This document shows, piece after piece, positions 1 through 14,043 of a stretch of 64,000 bases of DNA (position 1 is its first letter; every line of letters starts with the position of its first letter). The stretch comes from Eledone cirrhosa (Eukaryota): contig OZ024742.1 in the NCBI GenBank assembly GCA_964016885.1, positions 310,682,001 through 310,746,000 on the forward strand, in the 5' to 3' direction. Position numbers and translations under genes: made by a program. The notes below the pieces were generated by a model. The model made no database searches and was not told where the DNA came from. It saw only the letters and a list, made by a program, of their open reading frames with translations.

Positions 1-16
1 ATATATATATATATAT

Positions 17-167
17 ATATTTATTAAAATAACAGATTAAAGTTTAAGCAAAGAATCGCTGCTTTTACCCTTAACGGGATCTTCTGAAACTCAGTTTCAG
101 AAGATCCCGTTAAGGGTCAAAGCAGCGATTCTTTGCTTAAACTTTAATCTGTTATTTTAATAAATAT
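17..167. repeat. Near-perfect 151-bp palindrome (foldback) abutting (TA)n
   Basis: 17-91 is the reverse complement of 93-167 with one mismatch; centre ...TCTGAAACTCAGTTTCAGA... Confidence 0.95.
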
Positions 168-250
168 TTGCTCTACGGTTCTTATATATTTGATATATAT
201 TTATCCTTATCGAGCCCTCTTTGGATTTTAGTCTTCAAATTTATTATTAT

Positions 251-304
<54 letters not shown>

Positions 305-313
305 CACACTTCG

Positions 314-374
314 TATTTTATCTGATGAAAGCGTACCAAAGTTTTGGTACCCTTGAAATATATATAATAGAATA
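314..374 (+). ncRNA. Type I hammerhead ribozyme motif (PLE-type)
   Basis: TATTTTAT-CTGATGA-AAGCGTACCAAA/TTTGGTACCCTT-GAAA-TATATA-TA-ATAGAATA: conserved core, stem I, stem II and palindromic stem III. Confidence 0.8.
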
Positions 375-413
375 AATATGGTTTTATAAATATAGTTTCC
401 ATTTATTTAATGT

Positions 414-621
<208 letters not shown>

Positions 622-1879
622 CACCAGAAAATGCATACAGTTACATAAGACGAACAACAGTTGTGTCTTCGCCTCGTCAGTCACCCTACTAGCAGTGCAT
701 TTTTGTGCTAGTGCACCTGTGATGTTGGTTTGCACAAAATATCGGACGACCCGCCTCGCATGTGAAGCGAGAAAAAAAAAGAAAGAATGGATATGAATAT
801 TTTACGGTTATCTTTCTACAAAAAGGGAGATAAATACGCACAAAATAAATGGACAACAAATAGTGCATGAATGCGTGTAACATGAGATGGTGGAAGAATG
901 GAAAAATTGACTTCTGTCGATGAAAAGAAAAGGAACATGACCGCTGCTTCGCAGAGCTCCAGATTAAAAGAGACCAAATGGATTGCCTGGCGGTTGGACG
1001 AGGCAAACAAGCAAAATATAGTGGGATACATAAGTAAATATATTGTCCTCAATTATTTCAAAAGATTCAGAATCGGTCAGTCTATAAGGGCTCTTAATTT
1101 GATTTCATTTCCTCGCCTGAACACACACAAGGGAGTTTCTGTCTTGAAAATGGTGTGTGAATATTTAAGATATTCACACACCAATATATTTATATATCTA
1201 TTCGTATATTTGTGAGTTTGTCTATTTTCGCGTTGTTGTATATGTGAACATACGTGCGTATGCGTGGGTGTGTATGCTTGTGTATGTGTGACTATATGTG
1301 TTGTGTATGTGTGTGTGATTTTCTGTGCGCGGTCTAAAAGATAGATAAGTGTTTATATAGTCGTCTATATTTCTTGCTGCATACGCCCATGTCTACTGAA
1401 CATTATATCATGTTGAACCCCATCAGATAGATGTATGTACATGAGAGGGCGTAACTATTGGTCACATTTGCAAACAAGAGAACATATTTCAGTCAGAAAA
1501 TCTTTATTATGTATTATATCACGTCGATTGCCATGTTTGCTGCCCGTTCGCCTCTAAAAGTACCTTACGGCGTTTCTGTGACATTTTAAACCTGCTGGAG
1601 CTCATCTCCTCTTCAGGTCAGAATAGCGCAGATTCCTTCCAGAGAAGGATAGACAGTGAGAAAATGAAAGTGTGAAAGAGATATAAAAGAGGAATCAACC
1701 CCAGTACTTGATTGATACTGTTTTATCGACCTCGAATGGATAAAAGTCAATTTTTACCTCGTCAGGATTTGAGCTCGGGTTAGTAAGTTTTAAAATAATA
1801 TCCTAACAACATCAGTACGAAATAACAGTACTTACTGCGAGATTTGCAGTAATTCCACAACCAATTCCACAACGCTAAT

Positions 1880-2170
1880 CACTAATACTGCGTTGTCAGA
1901 GCTAGTGCGCGTACTTTTTACTAGGAGAGAACTAAAGCCGTTCGATGGGAACAAATGGTTGAGGTGTGCCGTGGCAAAAAAGCAACAATCCGGTCGTTGG
2001 CGGACCACGCCAAGCAGATGTGTGCAACTTTTCAGCAACCCTTTGCTCAACTGTTCGGGAGCAGTGGTTGCCGGTTCGCGGGACGGATTTCACTACATAC
2101 CACGACGGCGTGCCACGGCTCTCAGCGACGGAAACGGAGTGTTGCGAAAAGCCAATAACTACCGCTGAAT
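1880..2170 (+). mobile_element. Degenerate Tx1/L1-type LINE ORF2 fragment
   Basis: Frameshifted peptides RGKKATIRSL, FAQLFG and PRLSATETECCEKPITTAE match ORF2 at 58023-61124. Confidence 0.9.
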
Positions 2171-2249
2171 AAATAGAAGCAAATTTAAAGTATTTGAAAT
2201 AATTTTTCATCATAAATATTGGTTTCAACATTTTCCAGATGAATGAAAA

Positions 2250-2770
2250 TGGTGGATTGGGAGTATTATTAGAGTGTCGGATAAAATGTCGTTGTATTAT
2301 TTGTTCTAGCTGAGTTCAAATCCCACCGAGGTTAGCTTTGCATTTCATCCTTACAGAGTCGATAACATAAAGTACCAGTCACGTGCTGGGGTCGATTTAG
2401 TCAACTATCCTCTCCTCCGGAATTGCTGATCTTGTGCCTATATAAGAAACCATTATTTATTCTGGCTGAGTTCAAATCCCGCCGAAGATAGCTTTGCATT
2501 TCATCCTTACGGAGTCGATAAAATAAAGTACCAGTCACGTACTGAGGTCGATTTAATCAACTTTCTCCTGCTCCCCAAATTACTGGCCTTGTGTCTAAAG
2601 TAGAAACAATTATTTATTCTGGCTCTTTACATTCTGACTTCAAAACCCACCAAGGCTTTTCGTCTTTTCGGTGTCGATAAAATAAAGCAGCAATCATGTA
2701 CGTGGCTTAATTTAATCAACTCTAACGTTTTCCCAAATGCCTTGACCTTCTGCCAAAATTAGAAATCAAT
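2250..2770 (+). mobile_element. Tandem array of about 4 partial tRNA-derived SINE units
   Basis: Repeated CTGAGTTCAAATCCC (B box)...TTTCATCCTTAC...GTCGATAAAATAAAGTACCAG...GGCCTTGTG..TAGAAAC. Confidence 0.85.
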
Positions 2771-4655
2771 ATTATCAAGAGAGATAGATAGGAGGATTTT
2801 TCAATTAGGACCTTTTAAATTGTTAAATCAAATATCATTAAGATCAACTGGAACCGATGAAAATATAGTACCAGTCGAAAGCCGGAATGTGACTATAAAA
2901 ATACGCCCTCCCACTTGTGCCCTTGTTCCAGTGGTAGTTATCAATATCATCCTCTAATATACAGGGCGATTACACGAATAAATAAATATTCTAAATATAA
3001 AGTTTTTAATATTAGATTAACTCGTAGTTTAAATTACAGGTGTCTTTTACATATGATTGAAATGTAGGGCGGAGATGGATAAATTTAAATATCCAAGGTA
3101 GTGTGTCGGGCGTGGTTACAAGCACAAACTACTCTTCAACACTTATATATATAAATATACATATATATATATACATACATATATATATATACGTGCGTAT
3201 ATATATATATACGCACGTATGTATAAATATACATCACATAAATAATGTCACTAGGTTAAATCCCGAAAGGGTTTAACGTTTCAATTTTCACGCATGCATG
3301 TAAATAAGTGATTATATATATATATATATATATATATTGGTAGGAAGTTTGTGTATCAAGTAAGTGTTTAAATAGAAATCCGCATGAAAATAGAAACTGA
3401 GAGTGGACAGTTTTGTGAAACATGGGAATTATTTAATAAAATTGAGCTATATTAAGCATATCTCTTCGATATTTCATTGCAAAAAAACCAAACCGACAAC
3501 AACAACTTCAAAAATATTAATTATAGTGGTTTCTAAAATTGGTATAAGAAAACAAATTTGGGGTAAAGTTTATTATATCAGCAGAGAATAATTGCTTGTT
3601 TATTTTATAGATATAAGATGGCTGAAATGCAAAGGTGATCCGTATGAGTGGGTGAAAGAAAAACATGTAAAGAGGGAATATGAGAAATAATATAGGAAAA
3701 GTGCAACCGAGAATATAGAAAAATAACTAACTGGAAGTTAGCTTGAAATTTAATTCAAAATATATTTCTGAAGAAGCACGTAGTCAGCTATAACAAATAT
3801 ATTTTCCAGAATATAACTATTTATAACTAGAGGAAAAATTCGTTCTCTTTAGGTGAAAGGTTTTTAATGTCTAATGGTCAAACTTTTCAATATCAATATA
3901 ACTAATGGACAAAATGTGTAAACATACTTTATTCCACACGTTGAATAGTCTCGTTTAGTTCAGGAGCAAGAATTCCATTGCCAAAAGCATATTGGTCAAC
4001 CGCTTTAATATAACTATAGACAACCTGTGTCAAGAAACTTTATGTTACATCTTGTAAGCGACCCATGTTTTGTTTAGAATTCTGTTGCACAAAGTATATA
4101 TTACTAAGTGTTGAACGTAATCTCTACAAAAGCAATAATGTATTGTCAGTCGTGAGAGAATATTCATGAGAAAATAAAAATTTACTAGACTAATCTGAAA
4201 TGTTTAAACCATATTGTATATCAGACATGTTAAAAAATTTTGACAAGTATGATTATATTAAAATTTCTCATGAATGGATTCAGAATGCCAAAAATTAGAG
4301 ATAATCAAAATATTTTAATGTTGCAGCTTACAATTATTTTTTGCAATATTTAATCTAAAGTGCGGTGGACATCATGCTTTGTGGCATGTAGTTACGGTAC
4401 TTTACGTTCTGAGTTCAGATTATGCTTTGCTGAAAATTGCCCTAGAGCTTGGGTCAAACTGGTTTCTAAGCTTTTATTTTGGTCATCAATACAAGGTAGG
4501 TGACGCAGAGGAGAAGGAATGATCTTTCCCAAAAGGCTCATAGAAAATATTGGTATATATTCTGATTCTGAAGGCAAAGACTTGATAAGGGACAAAGACA
4601 GCTGGATGCAGAGGGTGAGAAATGTTATAGTTTCGTATGCAGAGGGTTAATGAGG

Positions 4656-4721
<66 letters not shown>

Positions 4722-5228
4722 TTAGTTAAGCAAGACAAGACCACAAATTTCACAAGGAAGACATTATTAAAAGATTGTCAACATAGTTTAGTTTGATGTA
4801 AGGAATGTAGAAAATAATAAAAATATTAATAATAATAATGCCCGTTTACAATTGTTTCGCTACTCCATATAATATTTCTGGATTAAATGACTTTATATCA
4901 TTATTGATCTGGTTCAGTTGAAAATAATTAACATAATTAAAGATAGAGCGACTCATCGGAACTTCAAAGGAATATAAATTAAAATAAGGAAAGAATGGTA
5001 CATAATGTAGTGTTCTATATATTGGTATTTCACTATGGTGTCCATTTACTACATACCTAAATGCCATAACACAGCAATTCACATTAATAAACTTAACACT
5101 AGAACTAGAAATACCTTAGCATATAGCCAGATTCGCCGGAATTTAGAGCAATTACAGGGAACTTTAATGGTGGCAGCGGCCTGCTCCCCACTCCAAGTAG
5201 AAAACTAAAAATCAACCCTAGAATAGGA

Positions 5229-6026
5229 ATGAGCAATGGGATGACAAATAACAAATGCCCAGGTAATAATAACCCTAGGAAGGCCCCTACCAACTCCACT
5301 AGAACCCCTAGAAGGAATAGGCCTAGAAATATTACCTGGCTTAACCCCCCATTCTCATCTAATCTAGCCACTAATATCCCTAAGCGCTTCTTCTCTATCC
5401 TATCTAACCCCCCCCCCAACCATGGATATTACAAACTCTTTAATAAAAATAACATTAAAATCTCATTCTCCCCAGCACCTAACCTAGCTAGCCACATCGC
5501 ATTCAGTAACCATCATAAACTAAGACAGTATAACTCCCGCACCGCAGTACCACCACCCCTATCAAATACACCACGCCACTACACCAATACTTGCTCTAGT
5601 AGCACACCTCCCCCATCTAATCCTTCTAACACTGACCAACCGCTTAGGTTAAACTACCCTACTCTCACTAACCGCAGAAGCAACTGCAACTGCAACTGCC
5701 GTTACCCTAATGCATGCCCACTAAATGGACACTGCCTGATACCCAACATAGTCTATAGGTGCACGATTAAAACTGCTTCGAATACCAGCTCCTATATCGG
5801 GTCTTCCTCTAACCCTTTTAAGGTACGCTATAACGCGCACTCTTTTTCCTTCCGAGTCCCTAACAACAGATGTTCGACATCTTTAGCTAGGCTCATTAAA
5901 AACCTTAAATTAACCAACATTGAAGACTCACTAACCTGGGATATCTTAGCTAGGGCCCAACCGTTCAATGGACGAAGAAAATCTTGTGATCTCTGTATTA
6001 CCGAAGCATATTACATAACTCTATAA
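5229..6026 (+). pseudogene. PLE ORF C-terminal part (linker + GIY-YIG endonuclease)
   Basis: ITWLNPPFS..TNI, NIKISFS, CNC..CPLNGHCL..NIVYRC..SYIG..FKVRYNAH, CDLC..E motifs; no RT present. Confidence 0.88.
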
Positions 6027-6500
6027 CGACCTCTACCGATTAACGATAGAACGGAGGTAACTATTAGCTGTCAACATCGAAGGGCTAATTCCTTCGCCAA
6101 CAGAATATTTGACCCAACATAGTCATCTAGCCCCATTTTTACTTGTAGCTAATAAGTTAAATAGCTATAACTAACTTAAATAATTATAAGTTACCTCCCC
6201 TACATTATCTCTCAATTAAAAAATAAAAAAATGAGCACTTAACTATAAACTACCCACAATTTCTAATCTCTCGAGGAGTTACCTCCCCTGAAACCACCCT
6301 CTAATTAGTAAGGTATATATGTCCATTGGCGGCTATCTTGTTACCCATAGGCAGATCTCACACAATGCAGCCTCGACAGAAGAATACTGCTTGATTATGG
6401 CAGACAATTGATACACCCAGGATACCATAGTGAAATAGCATTATATGGAACATTACATTATGTAACATTCTTTCCTTATTTTAATTTATATTCCTTTGAA

Positions 6501-6619
6501 GTTCCGATGAGCCGCTCTAACTTTAATTATGTTAATTATTTTCAACTGAACCTGATCAATAATGATATATAGTCATTTGATCCAGAAATATTATATGGAG
6601 TAGCGAAACAATTGTAAAC
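6501..6619 (+). ncRNA. Hammerhead-like motif, CCGAUGA core variant with long stem II
   Basis: GTT-CCGATGA-GCCGCTCT...GGAGTAGC-GAAA-CAATTG-TA-AAC; same at 54798-54916 and in both inverted arms. Confidence 0.55.
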
Positions 6620-6916
6620 GGGCATTATTATTATTAATATTATTATTATTCTCTACATTCCTTACATCAAATTAAATATGTTGACAATCTTTTAATAATG
6701 TCTTCCTTGTTAAATTTGTGGTCTTGGTTTCCTTAACTAATGAATATTTCCAGCTCTGCGCGCCTAACTTCTGCATGAACCCAGCCACATAGCTGCTTTC
6801 CACTGCATATTGCACATTGAGCCTTTACGCTTTGGCTTCTAACTAATTCACCAATCTCTCCTCTCCTATCTCCTCACCTATCTTGACCTCTCTCTTTAAG
6901 ATTGGTTACTCTTGAA

Positions 6917-6970
<54 letters not shown>

Positions 6971-7118
6971 TTTAAAACTGATAGCGTATGGTCTTCTAAA
7001 TGTTTTTAATTAAACATACGGTATATTGCCAAATATACAATACAAACATTCATTTAAATATATATATATAATATTAATTCAAAATATTAACAAAAATAGA
7101 TATTCGTGTGATCAACTA

Positions 7119-7185
7119 TATTTTATTTTACATATTTCAGAGGTACTGAGCTATCTTCAACAGTACGTCCTCATCAGATAAAATA
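7119..7185 (-). ncRNA. Hammerhead motif (cleavage-site U lost)
   Basis: Minus strand: TATTTTAT-CTGATGA-GGACGTACTG..CAGTACCTCT-GAAA-TATGTA-AA-ATAAAATA. Confidence 0.7.
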
Positions 7186-7770
7186 AGATGATGCATGACA
7201 TACCCTGACATAGTAGATGGTTAAGATTCAGTCATGGTAGTGTACTACTATATATATATTTACTTAGAATGTTTGCTTTTACCAAATATAATTTTTATTA
7301 TGCTATGACTAATTGATTCTTATTAATTCCTTCATTGGGCAAAGCTGGTATTCGTTGAATTCCCTCATATGTATGCCTATGCTTGCGAATATATGTATAT
7401 ATACATATATATATCTTCAGTAAATTTGTTATTTACCCACTTATGGTTGAGAAAAAAGATTTGGTCGAATCGGACTGCTTCTTCTAGCAGCCCCTTTACT
7501 AGAAATTGTCCACCTACTGCTGCCCCTCTATTGAACGTAAATCACAGGATAATTCTCCCATTCGAAATTATTCCTTCTTGTTTAAAATGTTTCCGGACGA
7601 GTTGAGGTTTTCACGGTGCTCAAAACTGAGGTCTACTCAACGTCATTGCAGTAGAGACGTTCTATATAAATAGGTAATTTTTTTCTTTATCGTGTTTGTT
7701 TTTCCTAAATATAATTTTTATTTCACACTAGCTAATTGATTCTCATTAATTACTTCATTAATTACTTCAA

Positions 7771-7960
7771 GGGCGGTGGGTTGGCAGTATCGGTAAAGGG
7801 TCGGAGGCCATGCTTTGCAGCAAAGAGTTACGGTTCTTTATGATCTGAGGTCAAATCCTGCCGAGGTTAACTTTGCCTTTTATCCTTACGGCGTCGATAA
7901 AATAAAGTACCAGTAATGCACTGGGTAATTGCTGGCCTTGTGCCAAAAGTAGAAACAATT
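7771..7960 (+). mobile_element. tRNA-derived SINE
   Basis: A-box-like TGGCAGTATCGG, B-box region and conserved core; TAATTACTTCA flanks both sides (TSD). Confidence 0.9.
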
Positions 7961-7999
7961 AATTACTTCACTGAGCAAAACTGATATTGGTTCGACTTC

Positions 8000-8030
<31 letters not shown>

Positions 8031-8053
8031 CTTCAGTAAACTTGTTATCTCTT

Positions 8054-8133
<80 letters not shown>

Positions 8134-8189
8134 TGTATATATATATATATATATATATACTGTATATATATACTGTATATATATATATA

Positions 8190-8230
<41 letters not shown>

Positions 8231-8561
8231 AACTAATGCTGAAGACAGCATATATATGTGTAGGTATGTATATTCCTTCTGATAGTTTGTAAAATGTTTA
8301 CATAGATCTATATGATATACATACATATATATCCTAGAAACGATCGTAAAATCATGAATTTTTTAATATAAGGAACTGTTTCTTTGTTTTTATTCATTAT
8401 TTTTATTAATTTATCTTGACTCTGTTTTCCTGTGTTTTTCATCGAAAAAATTTTGAATACATCTTCTCTTTTCATGATATTTGGATTATATTGAGTTCTT
8501 CATACGGATTGGACACTACCGTACATTTTGGTAGATTTATCTACATATATATATATATATA

Positions 8562-9345
<784 letters not shown>

Positions 9346-9377
9346 TAGATATATATGTATATAAATACATACATACA

Positions 9378-9408
<31 letters not shown>

Positions 9409-9704
9409 GTACAAAACATATCACTGAGATAGGAAAAACATTGTTTGTTTGTTTGGTATAGAGCTTATAAGTTTTCAACTTCACCGAGTTATTTAGATAT
9501 TGATGTTTACATTTGCGATGATGTTGTTTAAGTTGTTGCTTGTCTCTCCTTTTGATGTGGAAAGAAGTTCAGTGCGATATAAGTACAACGCTTGGTGACA
9601 GAACTTTCAAGATACGGTTTATTGATATTAAAGATCATAGAGGGAACAGCATGAAATGTAAATTATTGAAACAGTTTAATGGAATACATTAGATGTATGT
9701 ATGC

Positions 9705-10262
9705 ATTTCTCTTTCTCTTAATTTCCAGTACATTTTTGACCGGCCATGTTCCTCGTGGCAAGCTTGTAAAAGAAAAGAAATTGTCATCACTTGAATTGCA
9801 AGAATGTTTTGCAAATTTTGAAGGTATCAGCTATCGGAGCCATTTCTAGTCTATTAATTAGGGAACTGCGTTCTTTGTCCACAAATCCAAGTTCAATTAT
9901 ACTTTGGTCCAAGCGGGCTGGTATATAACCTTTAGCTGCAATAATGATGGGTATGAAGCTGAAGGTGTATCTTGGAAACTGGATCTGCAATTTCCTCATC
10001 AATGGTCCGTAGATGTCCTCCTTGTCTTGTATTTTTCTTACAACGTTGACATCAAGTGGGCAGCTGATCTCTACAACAGAGCACGTTTTCAATGTGTGGT
10101 CCCAAACAACAATATCAGGCCGATTGTGTTTTAATTTGGTAGCAGTTTTTATTTTCAGGTTCCACCAGTATTCTTCAGTGTCATCTATCTCAACATATTC
10201 CTAATTATTTGTTTTTAATTTTGTTTTCCTAAGTGCGCTCCATATGGTTATATCTATCACAT
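9705..10262 (-). mobile_element. 3' end of an R4/Dong-type LINE with restriction-like endonuclease
   Basis: Minus frame EYWWNLKIKTATKLKHNRPDIVVWD..CSVVEISCP..K..Y..L..PIII, stop at 9787; TACA repeats on both sides on the coding strand. Confidence 0.85.
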
Positions 10263-10357
10263 CGTGTATGTATGTATGTATGTATGTATGTATGTATGTA
10301 TGTATGTATGTATGTATGTATGTATGTATGTATGTATGTATGTATGTATGTATGTAT

Positions 10358-10926
10358 GTACAACCTGTCTCATGGTCGGGTCGTTGGCGACTAAACTGGC
10401 AGCCCCACCAAGGTTTCTTGGTGAGGAGGGTGACTTTGGACATCCTGCAGGACTAAAAACAAAACCTGTCAAAGGGCAAAGGAGCTCTTAAGAGTCAATG
10501 GCCATCCAAAATCACCGGGAGAGGTGACCCCTTAGCCTTTGTCAAGGCAGAATTCTAGGAGAAGGAAAACTCTGATATAACACCTGCAACCCTGATGGTA
10601 TCCAATGATGTTGACTTGTTCTTCTTTTTGGTAAATATCATCTTGGTTAAGAGAGTGGGACTGGCTTTGTGCAGTGCCTTTGCTCACTATAAAAGCTTCA
10701 CGGCACAGGCATTGCTTTATATCTGGAGATCTCTCTGCACTTGTCCTCACATGGTACCATGGGCCCAGCACTATGTGTCAATAATTGTCACAAGTGTAGT
10801 GTTTGTACCAGAGTTTTCAAGTCGCTGGCTGGACTAAAAAGTCACACTCGTTCAGTGCATCGGTAGGGGTTCTCCTACATGGATATAAAGTAGTGGCCGT
10901 ACTCGAAAACGAGTTGGCAGCCACCA
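10358..10926 (-). mobile_element. Family E, copy 2
   Basis: Homologous to 8562-9345; flanked by (TATG)n on both sides. Confidence 0.8.
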
Positions 10927-11053
10927 TGTATGTATGTATGTATGTATGTATGTATGTATGTATGTATGTATGTATGTATGTATGTATGTATGTATGTATG
11001 TATGTATGTATGTATGCATGTATCTATTTATGCATGTATATATGTATTATTAT

Positions 11054-11243
11054 GTCGGGTCACTCTTCAGTGCTACTGATAACATGTAACCCAATACAAC
11101 CTGTTGTATGGTCGGGTCGTCGGAGACTAAACTGGCAACCCCACCAAGTTTACTTGGTGAGGAGGGTGATTTTGGACACCCTGCAGGACAAAAAACAAAA
11201 CCTGACAAAGGGCGGAAAAACTCATAAGAGTCAACGGCCATCC
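11054..11243 (-). mobile_element. Family E, partial copy 3
   Basis: Direct repeat of 10360-10510 and reverse complement of 9167-9345. Confidence 0.8.
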
Positions 11244-11451
11244 AAAAAAAAGATGTGTAAATATGTATATACACATGTAGTGTTGAAGATTACAAAGTTA
11301 TAATATGAGCAATGCTAGAACTGTAGAATGTGGGTGGTGGTGCTGGCAATATTTTAGGAAGATCATTTTCTATAGAATCTCTTTTTATTTTTCTAATAAC
11401 GGTTATATTTCTATCTTTAGGGAACCTGCACGTATATATATATATATATAT

Positions 11452-11830
11452 ATATTGTTATGCTTTGGAGGTGTCATATTGCCAGTAAGAAACACACGCA
11501 CCAGTGCTTTCACTTCAATTTATTATAAATTAAATTTATAAATTGAAGAATTTATAAATTTCCGGTTGTTTGGTTGATTCCACAACCAGACGATTGTTCA
11601 TATATTGTCAAAGTTCTTTCGTCACACATGCTGTGACCTCTTCAGTGACTGGAGATTCTTTTCTTTGTTTTTGTGCCTCTCCTTTGTTCTGTCCTACGCC
11701 ATCTTGTTTTTGTGTGAAAGCAACTGGTCCGTGTGTTTCTTATTGGCAACATGACCCTCCCAAAGCATAACAATATCGGTTTCAACACACGTTTTCAGAT
11801 AAAGAATCTTGCTAAACAAATTCAGAAACG

Positions 11831-11833
<3 letters not shown>
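11452..11833 (+). mobile_element. PLE family B, short foldback copy in (TA)n
   Basis: Same terminal sequence as 23572-24958; inverted part 11452-11716 carries a hammerhead (11607-11649, -); unique tail 11776-11833. Confidence 0.85.
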
Positions 11834-11875
<42 letters not shown>

Positions 11876-12440
11876 AGAGAAACCAAAGAACGCTTACATA
11901 CTCAAATAGTTTTTATTTGCTTACAACGTTTCATCCATACCGTTGCGTAGGAATCATCAGAGCTTAATAAACACAGTGCTGAGTATAAGCTCTATCAAGC
12001 TTAGTCACAGGAACAATTGGAATACAATAGAGGGTAAAGACAGGGAGATCGGAGATAGCGAATAAGGAATGAGTACATGTTGAGGTTGTTAAGCACCACA
12101 GCTCAATGCTAGGGCACAAGCAGATCTCACAAGATGCAGATACAATTGATGGCACACAAAAGCAAAAAATAGAAACAATGGTTAAAACATAATAAAAAAG
12201 TAAAATGTCCCGATTGTCTAGGGATTATATAGAAATAGGATTGTCATTAGATAACCAATCAGTCTAAATTATACAACATATGTAGATCGTTCAAAAGTAA
12301 AAAATAGTTGGATTTATACTATCACTCAAACATAACATCACATCTAGTAACAAGAATTACATGCTGGATATATATACATCAAAAAAGTTTAAGATCCCAG
12401 ATCGTATAGCATAATATGTTCAAGTTTAAGTTCCAGATTT

Positions 12441-14043
12441 GGCACTACAACGGAATTGGCTGTCAGAAGTGAAAGTAGAAGAATGTGACGTCAATCTGAC
12501 GTCATTCGTCAACCTTCGTTTATTTCCGTATCACCGCCAGCACCATGTGTAAATAAATAAACTTGGTTTTTCACTTTGGGATAATACACGTATTTGCAAC
12601 TTATTTATGTTTATTTACGTTTAGCGTAATCGATTTGTTTTCATATCACCACGCGTTTTATTTCATAGTCATACTTATCAAATTAGAAAACAAATGAAGT
12701 TCATGGGGCCGACACTACCGACTTTCTTAAAAAAAAAACAATTTAACAATTTAACCTTGTTTTGTAATACTGGCAGAAATTGAAGAAAATTTTCCCCATT
12801 GAGATTCTTAGCGGGTAAAAATTATTTATGGATGGTTGATACTCAGCTGCCAGCTGCCACGAATACAGAAAGAAAGGAATTAGTATATAAAGTCCTTGAC
12901 GATTGCTTGTGCTTTCGAAATATTTAAAATTCTCTCAATAATTTCCTTTTTATCACGTCCGAAGCAGTAACGCTTCGAATATTTCAATAAATATTAACGA
13001 GTTACTCCCGTTTTCGTTCTTTCTTTTTTTAATGTGGTAGAGGGTATAAGATTTGCCTACTATTTCTAGCAACTTCAATGACCACATAATTGGCTTGTAA
13101 TTTTGTTTTAAAGTGTAAGGGTTTACACAGCCATTTATGAATTTCTAAGAGATACGTTTACGATAAGATACACTTATTATATACTTTCATTGCATAGTTC
13201 CGTTCGTAAAGGCTTTAATTTACTGTACTACTCTGGAACCTTTTAATAACATACAGGATTAAGAAAATAAATTCAACATCCGTAGTTTAATAATTATAAC
13301 TGCTTCTCGTATTGATGTCCAATGAGTACCAAATAACCACGTAATTTTCCAGAGTTATGGTACAATTAAAACAAAACGATAATATACAATCTTATTTAAC
13401 ATGTGCATTAAAAACTACACCAGCTGTTACAATTGTAATTAATGTGTAAGCAAAAACTTACCCAAGGAAATAACAATAAAACATATCGATGTAAGTGGAG
13501 TTAACTTAAATATCACGGCAAAACTTTCGCCAATCTGCTACAGCTACATTCGCGATACGAGATTCCTGTGAAATCACCTTGGCTAAATCTTCTTTTGCCC
13601 CAAAATACAATATGTCAATTATTCGTTCACACTTCAATTTACTATTTTCCAGAAATGTGCCTTTTCTAATCGACACCATTTTTCTACATGGCCTTCCACA
13701 TGACCAGATAATTCCATCTGACACATTTTTTTTTCGCTACTTCCATCATGCGTTCACCACATAGTAGCGGTAGCGATGGAAATATCGCGATGATTAATTC
13801 CATTTACGCTGAGGTATAATGTAGAATTCATATTTTTCAAGTTGCAAATACGTGTATTATCCCAAAGTGAAAAACCAAGTTTTGCATCAACGTGGTGATT
13901 TCAAAGTTTATTTATTTACACATGGTGGTGGTGGTGATACGGAAATAAACGAAGGTTGACGATTGAGAAGGTTGACGAATGACGTCAGATTGACGTTACA
14001 TTCTTCTACTATCACTTCTGACAGCCAATTCCTTTGTAGTGCC
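12441..14043 (-). mobile_element. Merlin (ISXO2/IS1595-like) DNA transposon, defective
   Basis: About 160-200 bp TIRs starting GGCACTACAA; 8-bp TSD CCAGATTT (12433-12440, 14044-14051); transposase remnant 13506-13724. Confidence 0.9.
13506..13724 (-). pseudogene. Merlin/ISXO2-like transposase N-terminal fragment
   Basis: WSC..PC....SIRKGTFLENSKL....IL Y...VADWRKFCRDI, the typical Zn-ribbon/HTH stretch of these transposases. Confidence 0.8.

Larger units (their letters stand above)
4718..6921 (+). mobile_element. Penelope-like element family A, 5'-truncated, with inverted terminal copy, in (TA)n
   Basis: 4715-5043 is the reverse complement of 6420-6747; GIY-YIG ORF inside; (TA)n on both sides; second copy at 53360-55230. 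Confidence 0.9.

Noticed and set aside
85-135. CAGAAGA-TCCC..GGGT-CAAA as a hammerhead
   Set aside because: Both core boxes are mutated and there is no stem I.
640-690. CTGACGA plus hairpin on the minus strand as a hammerhead
   Set aside because: No GAAA follows stem II.
7771-7870. tRNA genes at SINE heads
   Set aside because: A/B boxes only, no cloverleaf; embedded in SINE bodies with TSDs.
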